Shown here in pieces: positions 29,160 through 38,681 of a stretch of DNA of 41,414 bases. The translations under genes and the position numbers were made by a program. The notes below the pieces were generated by a model. It saw only the letters and a list, made by a program, of their open reading frames with translations, was not told the DNA's origin and made no database searches. The DNA lies in assembly GCA_013002045.1 (NCBI GenBank), contig JABDKV010000120.1, forward strand, positions 1 through 41,414, in the 5' to 3' direction. Numbering within the stretch: the stretch's first letter is position 1; each line of letters opens with the position of its first letter. This DNA comes from Gammaproteobacteria bacterium (lineage in GTDB: Bacteria; Pseudomonadota; Gammaproteobacteria; Steroidobacterales; JABDKV01).

Positions 29160-31628
29160 CTACGAGCGTGAAAAACTCAGGACGGTGCCGGTCTCGCTGG
29201 TCTCGAGCTGCCTGATAGTTTCGGTGTGGGGGCCTTTGCGCAGCAGGGAGCCAAAATGATCTGCCGACATCGGCCGACCAAACATATAGCCCTGCATTTT
29301 CGTGCAGCCGTGCTCGATCAGGAAATCGCGTTGCGCCGGTGTCTCGACGCCCTCGGCAATAACATCGATATTCAGTGACCGGGCCATCGCGATAATAGCG
29401 TTGGTGATGGCTGCGTCGTCGGTGCTGCTAGCGACATCGCGGATAAACGACTCATCAACCTTGAGCACATCGATCGGGAAACGCTTGAGGTAACTGAGCG
29501 ACGAATACCCGGTGCCGAAGTCGTCTACCGAGATCTTGACACCCATCATCTTGAGCGACTTGAGCGTTTCGATCGCACTGGACGCCTTGCGCATCAGCAT
29601 CGACTCGGTCAATTCGATATCGAGGTTGCTGGCAGGCAGTCCGGAGTCCTGTAGCGCCTTGGCAACAACCTTGAGCAGGTTGTCACGCCGAAACTGTCGT
29701 TCTGATAAGTTGACGGCGATGGTCAACTCACCCAGCCCCTGTTCACGCCACTCGGCTGTTTGCTTGCAGGCCTGTTGCAATACCCACGCGCCAATCGGTG
29801 CGATGAGTCCGGTTTCTTCGGCTAACGGGATAAAGTCGCCTGGCGAGACATTGCCGCGCACCGGATGTTTCCAGCGCAACAGGGCTTCAGCGCCGATTAT
29901 GCGTTCGTTTTCCTGGTCTATCTGCGGCTGGTAGACGAGAGATAACTCGTTGCGCTCCAGGGCTTTGCGCAGATCGGCTTCGAGAGCAAGACGTTCCATG
30001 GCCGTCGCATTCATGGAGGTGTCGTAGTACTGGAAATTGTCACGACCGCTCTCTTTCGCGTGGTACATCGCTGTGTCCGCGTTTTTTAGCAGCGACTGCA
30101 CATCAGCACCGTCCTGCGGATAGCGGCTGATACCAATACTGCCGCTCACGAATACTTCGTGCTGGTCGAGCTGGAACGGCTCGGCCAGCGACTTCAGCAT
30201 CCTTTTCGATACTGCCGCGACAGCTTCGTCGTCATTCACATCGAACAGGCAAATTATGAATTCGTCACCACCGAGTCGGGCCACGAAACTGGATGCCCCC
30301 GAAGGATGCGAGCTGCCCAGCAGGTCAGATTCGCGAATACAGCGGCGTAGTCTTTCCGCCACCTGGCGCAGCAACTCGTCACCGGCGCTGTGACCCAGCG
30401 TATCGTTGATGCGTTTGAAGCGATCGAGGTCCAGGAATAGCGTAGTCACGGGACGTCCCTCGGCAGCAGCAACCTGCAGGCAGATCTCGAGCTGCTCATT
30501 GAACTGGACGCGATTAGGCAAGTCGGTCAGATCGTCATGGTATGCCAGCTGTCGGATTCGATCTTCGGCCTGCTTGCGATGCGAGATATCCCGCAGGTTA
30601 TAAACGAATGCAACAGGGTTGCGATAGCGATCCCGCATGACACTGGCATTGAGGCTAATCGTGACAGGCTTGCCACAACCCATTTTCAGGACATGCTCGA
30701 CATCGCGTACGGCTTCGCCCCCGGCAAGTCGTTGCAGGTGGACAGACAAAAGCCCGTCAAACAGTTCCGTTATGGATTGACCCATAAGCTCACTTTCCTG
30801 CGCGCCTAGCAGGCGATTCGTTTCGCTGTTGATCAGTTGCACGACCCCGTCGCGATCCATGACGATCAATGCGTCTGTCATAGTCTCAGTAATCTGTTGA
30901 CCGACAAATGATGGAGTAAGATCAACCAGGCGGTAGCGCCAGGTCACATAAGTCGTGATAGCGAACAGGCACAGCATGGTGACGCGGCCGATAGGATAAA
31001 TGTCGAAGCCATACATAGGCAGGAAATCGACGATACTGACTGACCCGACCACAGAGGCAAAAAAGAACAGTTTCGACCGCCTGTGCATCGCGGTAATGAC
31101 AGGTGAGCGTCGGTAGCAAGACCAGAACAGCAACACGCAGGTTCCGACCAGTAACGCCAGGAATACAACAAAAGTGCTACCAATTGCGCCATAGCGTGGG
31201 TAGGGCCCCCACCAGCGCTGCTCAACACCGAGGACAAAATCGCTGGATGTGAACAGCAGGACCAGGTACATCGCTGAAACGAGGACTGAGAAAGACAAGG
31301 CGCGCCCGAGGTTGCGGTAGGACTCGCCACGTACTACGCGGGCCGCAAAGAACAACGCGCTTGTGGGAATGAAGACGATTCCGGCATGAGCCACCTTGGC
31401 CCACCAGGTGGCCACGGTCGCGCTGTTGGCGCAATACATGATGCCGAAGCTGCTAAGCCAGACCGAAGTCGACAGCGCCAGCAGGAACAAGGGCGTTGCT
31501 ACCCGTGATGCCCGTTCATGCGTGAGCGTGATTGCTGACATGAACAGGATCAAAGCGGCCGTGCCAAACATTGACATGGCATCGCTATCGAAAGTGTATG
31601 ACTGAATCTGGAGTACTTGCTCGAGCAT
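29160..31628 (-). CDS. 7TM-PAS-GGDEF-EAL c-di-GMP signalling protein
   Basis: Multiple TM helices, PAS (TMTDALIVMD), DLDRFKRINDTLGH, RLGGDEF, GAEALLRW, DDFGTGYSSL, AEGVET. Start chosen by alignment with the paralog at 1..821. Confidence 0.93.
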   Translation of the reverse strand: MLEQVLQIQSYTFDSDAMSMFGTAALILFMSAITLTHERASRVATPLFLLALSTSVWLSSFGIMYCANSATVATWWAKVAHAGIVFIPTSALFFAARVVRGESYRNLGRALSFSVLVSAMYLVLLFTSSDFVLGVEQRWWGPYPRYGAIGSTFVVFLALLVGTCVLLFWSCYRRSPVITAMHRRSKLFFFASVVGSVSIVDFLPMYGFDIYPIGRVTMLCLFAITTYVTWRYRLVDLTPSFVGQQITETMTDALIVMDRDGVVQLINSETNRLLGAQESELMGQSITELFDGLLSVHLQRLAGGEAVRDVEHVLKMGCGKPVTISLNASVMRDRYRNPVAFVYNLRDISHRKQAEDRIRQLAYHDDLTDLPNRVQFNEQLEICLQVAAAEGRPVTTLFLDLDRFKRINDTLGHSAGDELLRQVAERLRRCIRESDLLGSSHPSGASSFVARLGGDEFIICLFDVNDDEAVAAVSKRMLKSLAEPFQLDQHEVFVSGSIGISRYPQDGADVQSLLKNADTAMYHAKESGRDNFQYYDTSMNATAMERLALEADLRKALERNELSLVYQPQIDQENERIIGAEALLRWKHPVRGNVSPGDFIPLAEETGLIAPIGAWVLQQACKQTAEWREQGLGELTIAVNLSERQFRRDNLLKVVAKALQDSGLPASNLDIELTESMLMRKASSAIETLKSLKMMGVKISVDDFGTGYSSLSYLKRFPIDVLKVDESFIRDVASSTDDAAITNAIIAMARSLNIDVIAEGVETPAQRDFLIEHGCTKMQGYMFGRPMSADHFGSLLRKGPHTETIRQLETSETGTVLSFSRS

Positions 31629-31797
31629 CCTCAAAACCAGTGCCGTGGCTGACTGTTTTTCATAATCAGCTATGACTTGTTTGCAACGTTTGACGATACT
31701 GTCATTGCTGACTTGCAAATGCAGTGTGTTTGTTCTCAGTTTTTGCAGCCCAGGGTGTATTTTTTTGACTGTTATGTAGAGCGCCGCCGGAATGTTC

Positions 31798-31813
31798 TGT
31801 GACGGCCCTCTTG
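31798..31813. promoter_or_regulatory. CRP-like box with class II geometry
   Basis: TGTGA-CGGCCC-TCTTG; 21 bp upstream of TATGCT (31835-31840). Confidence 0.5.
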
Positions 31814-31848
31814 GTAATGGTTAACGTGAATGCGTATGCTCGATACCC

Positions 31849-32103
31849 ATGAAAAAACGCAATCCGCAACGCGCCTTCGCCCTGGCCATTTTTAGCTCCG
31901 ACCACCTGATGGAGAAGGAGCATTATGTTGCGGCCGCCTCGATACTTGAGCGTTACCTGAACCTGCACCCACCGCATGCCAGTGTGTTGCGCCGACTTGG
32001 ACGTATTCGCATGATGCAGGGCAGGCCTGCCGATGCGGTGCCACTGCTGTCCGCAGCGCTACAACTCGAACGACCGGTTCGCGAAGCTGTAGCTGTAGCC
32101 TGA
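31849..32103 (+). CDS. Small TPR-like protein (84 aa)
   Basis: LERYLNLHPPHASVLRRLGRIRMMQGRPADAVPLLSAAL; paralog of 14598. Confidence 0.8.
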   Translation: MKKRNPQRAFALAIFSSDHLMEKEHYVAAASILERYLNLHPPHASVLRRLGRIRMMQGRPADAVPLLSAALQLERPVREAVAVA

Positions 32104-32139
32104 TCCCCGCATAGTCGTCTTTCTTGATACCATCTGCCT

Positions 32140-32502
32140 GTGACGAAAGTAGCAGGCAAAGATCCTGCGCGTGTCAATCGCCTGGTCTGGCGCACCGTGC
32201 AGAAAATCCCGTCTGGATCTGTCTGCACCTACGGCCAGGTCGCCGACCTCGCAGGTCTGGGGAAGGCGGCACGGCGGGTCGGTCGGGCATTGCGCGAATT
32301 GCCAGTAGACAGCGACGTGCCCTGGCACCGCGTGTTGCGCGCGGGAGGAAATGTGGCATTCCCACCGGATAGCGATGCCTGGCAACGCCAGGTTGACCGC
32401 CTCTCGGCCGAGGGTGTCGATGTCATTCGCGGCAAAGTAGACCTCGACCGTTTTGGCTGGAAGCAAAGCCTGGACGCCTTGCTGTGGTATCCGGATGCGT
32501 AA
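32140..32502 (+). CDS. Alkyltransferase-like protein (ATL, MGMT family)
   Basis: IPSGSVCTYGQVA, ARRVGRAL, and PWHRV with Trp in place of the catalytic Cys. Confidence 0.9.
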   Translation: MTKVAGKDPARVNRLVWRTVQKIPSGSVCTYGQVADLAGLGKAARRVGRALRELPVDSDVPWHRVLRAGGNVAFPPDSDAWQRQVDRLSAEGVDVIRGKVDLDRFGWKQSLDALLWYPDA

Positions 32503-33799
32503 TTTCGGTAAACCGCTGTATATGCGATGGCAAACGGATGTTCGGGCGACGGCGTTGCGTCGGTCGTTACAGGGCCTGCGGTATCGCGACAGCCGACGTG
32601 TGCTGTTCTTTCATCGTGTCGGTGATGCCTGGTCGTGGCTGGCTGCACAGTTGCTGGCAGAAATGGCCCGCGCCTACGATCTCGAAGTGGAGGTGCGCAT
32701 GCTGTCCGCTATGCCGGTGCATGCGGTACACGATCCGGATCGCTATGACGCTTATGCCGCCTACGATTGCCAGCGCCTGGCTGACGCCTGGACTTTACGG
32801 TTTACTCGCTCCGGCAGTCCTCCCGACGAAGTGTTGCAGCGCCTGGCAAGTCGCATCATTCTTGCGCGGCCGACGATTGACACGGCACTGGCTGCGACAA
32901 CTGCAGCATGGTGCGGGGGCGAACAGGCATTGTCGCAACTGGCCAGCGAGCTTGGCGCTGTCGATGAGCCCGCAGCGCAAACAAGGCAGGCAGCAAACCT
33001 GCGCGAGTTGCAACGGCGCGGTCACTATCTCAGTGCGATGACCTGGCATGCGGGAGAATGGTATTGGGGCGTCGACAGGCTGGCGTTTCTCGAACAGCGC
33101 CTGGCCGGGGAACGCGATAGCGCGATCACAGCGCGTTTCGAGCCCATCCGCCGTCAGCGCGCCGGGACGCCGCAACGGCAATCTCTTGAATTCTATTTTT
33201 CGTTTCGCAGTCCGTATTCATACCTGGCTACCAGCAGAGTTATCGATCTGGCCGATCGACTTGGCCTGGACCTGGAGTTGCACCCGCTACTGCCATTGGC
33301 GCAGCGTGGCATTCCGGTCGCGATGAGCAAGATACGTTACATATTGCGGGATGCGGCACGGTGTGCACGCGAGCAACAGATCGACTTCGCTCCGCGGCAT
33401 GATCCGCTGGGGAAGGGCGTGGAGCACTGTCTCGCCGTTGTCCATGCCGCCCAGTCCGCCGGCCGTGGCCGCGAGTTCATGCTTGCTGCTATGCGCGCCA
33501 TCTGGGCGGAAGGCATGGCGGTTAACCGGATTCCGGTACTGAGGAGAATCGCGGCACAGGCAGAAATAGACGCCCAATCTGTAGACCAGGCGATCACGTC
33601 GATGCGTTGGCGTGCAGCGGCTGAAGCGAGTGCAGCGAAGTTATCGGTGCTTGGTCTGTGGGGCGTTCCCGTTATGTGCCTGCGTGGTTTCGATCAAAAC
33701 CCGGTTAGCGTGGCATGGGGGCACGATCGGGTCTGGGCGATTGAGCGGGCTGCACTGGGCCTGGATCGACCGGTGCCGCTGCCTGGTGCCATCCAGTAA
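32495..33799 (+). CDS. Tandem DsbA/kappa-GST (HCCA isomerase-like) domain protein
   Basis: C-terminal domain FYFSFRSPYSYL...LWGVP...WGHDR; degenerate N-terminal copy ending YWGVDRL. ATG 32495 overlaps the ATL stop. Confidence 0.8.
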   Translation: MRNFGKPLYMRWQTDVRATALRRSLQGLRYRDSRRVLFFHRVGDAWSWLAAQLLAEMARAYDLEVEVRMLSAMPVHAVHDPDRYDAYAAYDCQRLADAWTLRFTRSGSPPDEVLQRLASRIILARPTIDTALAATTAAWCGGEQALSQLASELGAVDEPAAQTRQAANLRELQRRGHYLSAMTWHAGEWYWGVDRLAFLEQRLAGERDSAITARFEPIRRQRAGTPQRQSLEFYFSFRSPYSYLATSRVIDLADRLGLDLELHPLLPLAQRGIPVAMSKIRYILRDAARCAREQQIDFAPRHDPLGKGVEHCLAVVHAAQSAGRGREFMLAAMRAIWAEGMAVNRIPVLRRIAAQAEIDAQSVDQAITSMRWRAAAEASAAKLSVLGLWGVPVMCLRGFDQNPVSVAWGHDRVWAIERAALGLDRPVPLPGAIQ

Positions 33800-33814
33800 T
33801 GGGTTGAAACGACG

Positions 33815-34768
33815 TTATTCCCACTGGTATCCAAGGAATTCCAGTGCCGGGCGCATGTGCGGTTGCAGCGCCCGCAGCTCCTCATGGGACAGTCTTGTCC
33901 GCCACTTGCCGGTGTTGTCGGGGCGGACCTGGTCGACCAGGTAGTTGCCGATCGGACTCGCGGTATCGATTCCCAGGTGAGCTGCCAGTTGATGCCATGT
34001 GCCCCCGGGGTCGTGCAGCATGTCCTCATAGCGAATCTCGAGATAAATAGACGACGGCAATAATCTGCCGGCACAGGCTCCGTGCATCACGCATTGACTC
34101 CATTGCCAAGCACTCGCCTGCAGACCTCCGTAGGCACGAACATAGTCATGCATACCCGGCGCGCGTTCTCCATAGTGCACCGCGCTTGCAGTAAAGACTG
34201 CGCGCATGAAGTCGCCGGCCTTATCACGGACAACGACCGGCAGACGCCCGGGCGGAATATTGCCGCCACGAAAGAGCGTCAGAAATTCTCCCATGCGTTT
34301 TTTGATCAGCGCAGCCCGGAAGCGAAGGCCGCGCGCCTGCTGGAGATGCGCGTGGGCCTTGCGGCCACCGACACGTTCATACTGGCGCGACAGCACGTTG
34401 TCGCGACCGTCTCGTATGATGTGAATGATCTTCGCCTGCGGGAACAGGGCGTGAACGAAGGGGACGCGGAATACGTTACTTGGCGTCTTGTCGACGACGA
34501 CACTTTGTTCGCGTCTGGCGACACTGTGAAAGTAATTGCGAATGTAATTCGCAGTCTGACCGTGTGCCTCTGATGCCGTACGTACATCGTATTTCAGCGA
34601 GCGCTGCCCATAATTCCAGACGTAGCGGTTTTCATCGACGTTACAGAACAATGGATCCTGCGCCAGCGCTTGCGCCAGCAGGTTGGTACCGGAGCGACCG
34701 GCGCCTATGATGAGTACTGGGTTGTCGCGCGCAAGCGGCATGTCAGCTGGACTTGAGGCCGGGGTCAA
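33815..34768 (-). CDS. PAPS-dependent sulfotransferase
   Basis: GAGRSGTN (5'-PSB), DKTPSN, HIIRDGRDNVLS (3'-PB), RYED, GKWR. Confidence 0.9.
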   Translation of the reverse strand: MTPASSPADMPLARDNPVLIIGAGRSGTNLLAQALAQDPLFCNVDENRYVWNYGQRSLKYDVRTASEAHGQTANYIRNYFHSVARREQSVVVDKTPSNVFRVPFVHALFPQAKIIHIIRDGRDNVLSRQYERVGGRKAHAHLQQARGLRFRAALIKKRMGEFLTLFRGGNIPPGRLPVVVRDKAGDFMRAVFTASAVHYGERAPGMHDYVRAYGGLQASAWQWSQCVMHGACAGRLLPSSIYLEIRYEDMLHDPGGTWHQLAAHLGIDTASPIGNYLVDQVRPDNTGKWRTRLSHEELRALQPHMRPALEFLGYQWE

Positions 34769-34892
34769 TCGCGCAGTCTAAACCGTGCCGGCGATAGACG
34801 GAATATGGGCGCCGCAGGCGCCGTTAAAGAAGTATCATCTGAAGACCGGCCAGCGAGCCAGCAGCCGGCGGTGGGGCAACAGTGAGGTTTAA

Positions 34893-35705
34893 ATGACTGA
34901 TTTTAGTGGACGCGGTGTCGTCATTACCGGCGCAGCGAGTGGAATGGGGCGCCTGCTGGCGCTACGAATAGCCGATGCCGGTGGCCGGCTGGCGTTATGG
35001 GATATCGACCAGGCCGGGCTCGATCGACTGGTAGGCGAGCTGGCGCCGCGTGGTGTCCAGACCGTCGCCGTACAGTGCAACCTGGCCAGTCGCGAAGCCA
35101 TAGCCGCAGCTGCTGCAACGACACTCGAGGCGCTGGGAGAGGTCGATATCCTGATAAACAACGCGGGTATCGTTTCGGGCAACAACCTGCTCGATATATC
35201 CGACGAGCAAATCGAGCTGACCTTCGATGTCAATGCGCTGGCATTGTTCTGGACGACACGGGCCTTCCTGCCGGCAATGCTGGAACGTGACCGTGGGCAC
35301 ATTGTGACCGTTGCCTCGGCAGGGGGTATAGCCGGCACGGCCAAGCTGGTTGACTATTGCTCGAGCAAATTCGCGGCAGTCGGGTTCGACGATTCGTTGC
35401 GCGTTGAACTAAAGCGACGTGAGAGCGCAGTAAGAACGACTGTAGTTTGCCCGTTCTACATCGACACCGGCATGTTCGCGGGTGTTACAACCCGCTTCCC
35501 GTGGTTACTTCCAATACTTGACCCCGACGAGGCAGTTACACGCATCCTGCGGGCGATCCGCAGCAACCGGGCCCGCCTGATCATGCCGCGTTTCGTCTAC
35601 ACCACTTACCTGATGAGACTGCTGCCAGTACCGTTATCCGACTGGTTCATGGATTTCTTCGGCGTTTCCCGCAGCATGGACCAGTTTACCGGCCGCAAGC
35701 ACTAA
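34893..35705 (+). CDS. Classical SDR oxidoreductase (retinol/17-beta-HSD-like subgroup)
   Basis: ITGAASGMG, LINNAGIV, DYCSSKFAAVGF, VCPFYIDTGMFAG; GAGG RBS. Confidence 0.9.
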   Translation: MTDFSGRGVVITGAASGMGRLLALRIADAGGRLALWDIDQAGLDRLVGELAPRGVQTVAVQCNLASREAIAAAAATTLEALGEVDILINNAGIVSGNNLLDISDEQIELTFDVNALALFWTTRAFLPAMLERDRGHIVTVASAGGIAGTAKLVDYCSSKFAAVGFDDSLRVELKRRESAVRTTVVCPFYIDTGMFAGVTTRFPWLLPILDPDEAVTRILRAIRSNRARLIMPRFVYTTYLMRLLPVPLSDWFMDFFGVSRSMDQFTGRKH

Positions 35706-35711
35706 GCTGCG

Positions 35712-37199
35712 ATGACACTGGATCGACCGCTACGTATAGCACTGGCACTGGCCATCGTAATTGGCCTGTTATTGCTGCTGCTGGCGATCGTCCTGGTCAG
35801 CGATTCGCTACTCGACCTGTGGGATCGTCTGCAGACGGCACCGACCTGGCTGAGCGCGATCATCCTGTTGGTCGTCGCGACGCTGAGCCTGGCAACGGGT
35901 TGGGCGCTTTTGCGCCTGTTGTTCTGGTCACCGGCCAGCAGCAAGACCGGCGAAGTCATCGATGAAGCTACTTTACGCGCTCGACTGGAAGAGGCCGAAG
36001 CGCAGGGCCTCGATGTCGACGCGGCACGACGGGAACTGGCCCTGCTCGATTCAAGGCGTGAAAATGGCGAATTCCGGGTAGCGTTGTTCGGTGAAATCAG
36101 TACCGGCAAGACCGCCGTTATTCGCGCACTGGTGCCGGATGATGCGATCGATGACATCAGTGTGCGTGGTGGTTCGACACGTAAGTTGACTGACTACGCC
36201 TGGGTGTCTCCAGCCGGGGATCGGCTGATCCTGACAGATGTCCCCGGTTTGAACGAGGCGGGCCGCAGCCTCGATCAGATTGCCAGCGATGAAGCGATGC
36301 GGGCACACGCGGTGATATTTGTCTGCGACAACGATCTTACTCGCGACGAGTTCAGCGCGTTGTCAGCGTTAACGCAATTCGATAAACCTATGATTGTGGC
36401 GCTCAACAAGCGTGACCAGTTTAGCGAAGAACAACGCGCGCAACTGGAAGCAAGCCTGGCTACCCGTCTTGGTGAATTACAAAGCGGGCATGAAATCACG
36501 CTGGTGGGTATCAGCGCCGCGCCGCGGGAAAAAATTATTCGCTTGCTGCCTAGCGGTCGTGAGGAACAGGTGTTTGAAGAAGGACCGGCGGAGGTGGCTG
36601 AGTTGCGCTCTGCCTTGCAGCAGGTCATGGATCGCGACCCTGTGCTGCTCGAGGAAATGCGCGATGCCAGCGTCTTCGTGCTGGCCAGGCAGAAACTCGA
36701 CACGGTGCAGGACGAGCATCGGCAACGGCGCTCGCAGGAACTGGTCACCAGCTATACCCGCAAAGCCATAGTAGGAGCGCTGGCAGCGGTGGCCCCGGGT
36801 ACCGACATCCTGATCCAGGGCTATCTCGGTGCCAATTTCGTCCGTGAGCTGTGTGAGCTATACGGTGTCAGCCCGCGCGATATCGACGTGCAGCAGTTCC
36901 TGAAGCTGAGCCACAGGCACATTGGCAAGGCAATGCCACTTATGCTCGCGATCGGTGGTAATGCACTAAAGGCATTTCCCGGCGCCGGAACGGTGGCTGG
37001 CGGGCTCATGCATGCAGTCGCCTATGGTTTGATCTTCGATACGCTCGGCAAGGCATTGTCATTGTCATTGCGCGAGAATGGGCGCCTGCGGCCGGCACCC
37101 GCGGCGTCGCAATTCAGGAAATTACTCAGTGAAAATCTGGAAAAACGTACGCTCCATGTGGCAAAGCTTGCCCTGGACGCAAGTCGCGAGCGAGACTGA
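35712..37199 (+). CDS. Membrane-anchored P-loop GTPase with YcjF/DUF697-like C-terminus
   Basis: Two N-terminal TM segments; G1 GEISTGKT, G3 DVPG, G4 NKRD; Gly/Ala-rich hydrophobic C-terminal helices. Confidence 0.8.
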   Translation: MTLDRPLRIALALAIVIGLLLLLLAIVLVSDSLLDLWDRLQTAPTWLSAIILLVVATLSLATGWALLRLLFWSPASSKTGEVIDEATLRARLEEAEAQGLDVDAARRELALLDSRRENGEFRVALFGEISTGKTAVIRALVPDDAIDDISVRGGSTRKLTDYAWVSPAGDRLILTDVPGLNEAGRSLDQIASDEAMRAHAVIFVCDNDLTRDEFSALSALTQFDKPMIVALNKRDQFSEEQRAQLEASLATRLGELQSGHEITLVGISAAPREKIIRLLPSGREEQVFEEGPAEVAELRSALQQVMDRDPVLLEEMRDASVFVLARQKLDTVQDEHRQRRSQELVTSYTRKAIVGALAAVAPGTDILIQGYLGANFVRELCELYGVSPRDIDVQQFLKLSHRHIGKAMPLMLAIGGNALKAFPGAGTVAGGLMHAVAYGLIFDTLGKALSLSLRENGRLRPAPAASQFRKLLSENLEKRTLHVAKLALDASRERD

Positions 37200-38496
37200 C
37201 CCGCCGGCGACGAGCGCAGGTGACGGGCACCTGTCGCAGGCGCGCGACAGCCTGCGGGATATCCTCGATGACAGTCGCGTGCCGGCGGCTGTACGCGAAG
37301 CGCTGGCCGATGACTATGCCCAGGTCGAACGCATGCTGGACAAGCTCGAGCATGGCCATATTCATATCGCCGCCTTCGGTCGTGTCGGTGTCGGCAAGTC
37401 TTCGATGCTCAACGCGTTACTTGGCGAGAAACGTTTTGCGGTCAGCGCCCTGCATGGCGAGACCCGTGTGTCTGAGTCGAGTGCGTGGACCTCTTACGAG
37501 AGTCACGGTGTCTACCTGATCGACACACCCGGCATCAATGAGATTGACGGCCAGGCGCGAGAGCAACTGGCGCGCGAGGTCGCGGCACGGGTCGACATGG
37601 TGATCTTCGTTGTCGATGGCGACCTGACGGAAACCGAGCTCGATGCCTTGCGTACGCTTAAGCAACAAAACAGGCCAATTCTGCTGGTGCTGAACAAGAC
37701 CGATCGTTACAACAGCGACGAGATCGGGTTACTGCACGAGACATTGGTGGAACGCAGTCACGGGCTGGTGGCGCCACGCAACATTGTCGCCGCCGCCGCC
37801 AATCCCGCAGAAGTAGTTTATGTGCGCGTGGCTCAGGACGGTAACGAAGAGCGTTCGCAGCAACAGCCGCCGGCTGAGATAGCCAGCGTCAAGGAACGCA
37901 TCTGGGAAATCCTCGAGGCCGAAGGCCAGACGCTGGCGGCACTCAATGCGAGCCTGTTTGCCGGCGATCTCAGTGACAAGGTGGCCGCGCGCATCCTCGA
38001 GACCCGCAAAGTGCTCGGGGATAAGCTGATACGAACTTACTCCGTGACCAAGGGCGTGGCAGTGGCTTTCAACCCGGTGCCGGTTGCCGATCTGTTCGCC
38101 GCTGCAGTGATCGATGGCGCCATGATCTGGCACCTGTCCAGACTCTACGACCTGCCACTGGGGCGTGGTGAAGCCAGTTCACTTGCCAGCGCCATCGTGA
38201 CCCAACTGGCCGCATTGATGGGTACCGTTTGGGCTGTGCACTTCGTTTCGTCTGCCCTCAAGATTGGCACCGCCGGTGTGTCGACCGTCGTCACGGCCGG
38301 AGCCCAGGGCGCGGTGGCCTATTACGCCACCTTCGTGGTCGGCAAAGTGGCGGAGGAATACCTGGTGCAGGGCAAGTCATGGGGTGAAGGCGGCCCGAAG
38401 TTAGTGGTGCAACGTATACTCGACTCGATCGACCGTGATTCGATATTGTCCCAGGCACGCGAAGATATCCGTAGTCACCTGCGAGGTGGGAAATGA
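37156..38496 (+). CDS. P-loop GTPase with YcjF/DUF697-like C-terminus
   Basis: G1 GRVGVGKS, G3 DTPG, G4 NKTD; AVAFNPVPVADL...AQGAVAYYAT. ATG 37156 overlaps the upstream gene by 44 nt. Confidence 0.85.
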   Translation: MWQSLPWTQVASETDPPATSAGDGHLSQARDSLRDILDDSRVPAAVREALADDYAQVERMLDKLEHGHIHIAAFGRVGVGKSSMLNALLGEKRFAVSALHGETRVSESSAWTSYESHGVYLIDTPGINEIDGQAREQLAREVAARVDMVIFVVDGDLTETELDALRTLKQQNRPILLVLNKTDRYNSDEIGLLHETLVERSHGLVAPRNIVAAAANPAEVVYVRVAQDGNEERSQQQPPAEIASVKERIWEILEAEGQTLAALNASLFAGDLSDKVAARILETRKVLGDKLIRTYSVTKGVAVAFNPVPVADLFAAAVIDGAMIWHLSRLYDLPLGRGEASSLASAIVTQLAALMGTVWAVHFVSSALKIGTAGVSTVVTAGAQGAVAYYATFVVGKVAEEYLVQGKSWGEGGPKLVVQRILDSIDRDSILSQAREDIRSHLRGGK

Positions 38497-38681
38497 ACAG
38501 ATACCTTCTGATAGCGACCGTACTGGCGCTGGCCGCCTGTGACCGGCCACCACCGGAGGAGACGGTCTTCGATGAAAAGCTCGAGACAATGGAACGCGCA
38601 CGTGCCGTTGAGGGTCAGTTACAACAACGGGCCGACGAAATCGATGAGAAACTGAAGGAGCGTGAAGATCCACCGCAATAA
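38493..38681 (+). CDS. Small lipoprotein (62 aa)
   Basis: Signal peptide with lipobox LALAAC, then a charged helix; ATGA overlap with the GTPase stop; GAGGTGG RBS. Confidence 0.8.
   Translation: MNRYLLIATVLALAACDRPPPEETVFDEKLETMERARAVEGQLQQRADEIDEKLKEREDPPQ

Noticed and set aside
31691-31704. Palindrome TGAC-GATACT-GTCA upstream of the EAL gene
   Set aside because: Short single occurrence with spacing that fits neither CRP nor FNR; could arise by chance.
32140-32502. Active O6-methylguanine methyltransferase (ogt/ada)
   Set aside because: PWHR instead of PCHR marks a non-catalytic ATL.
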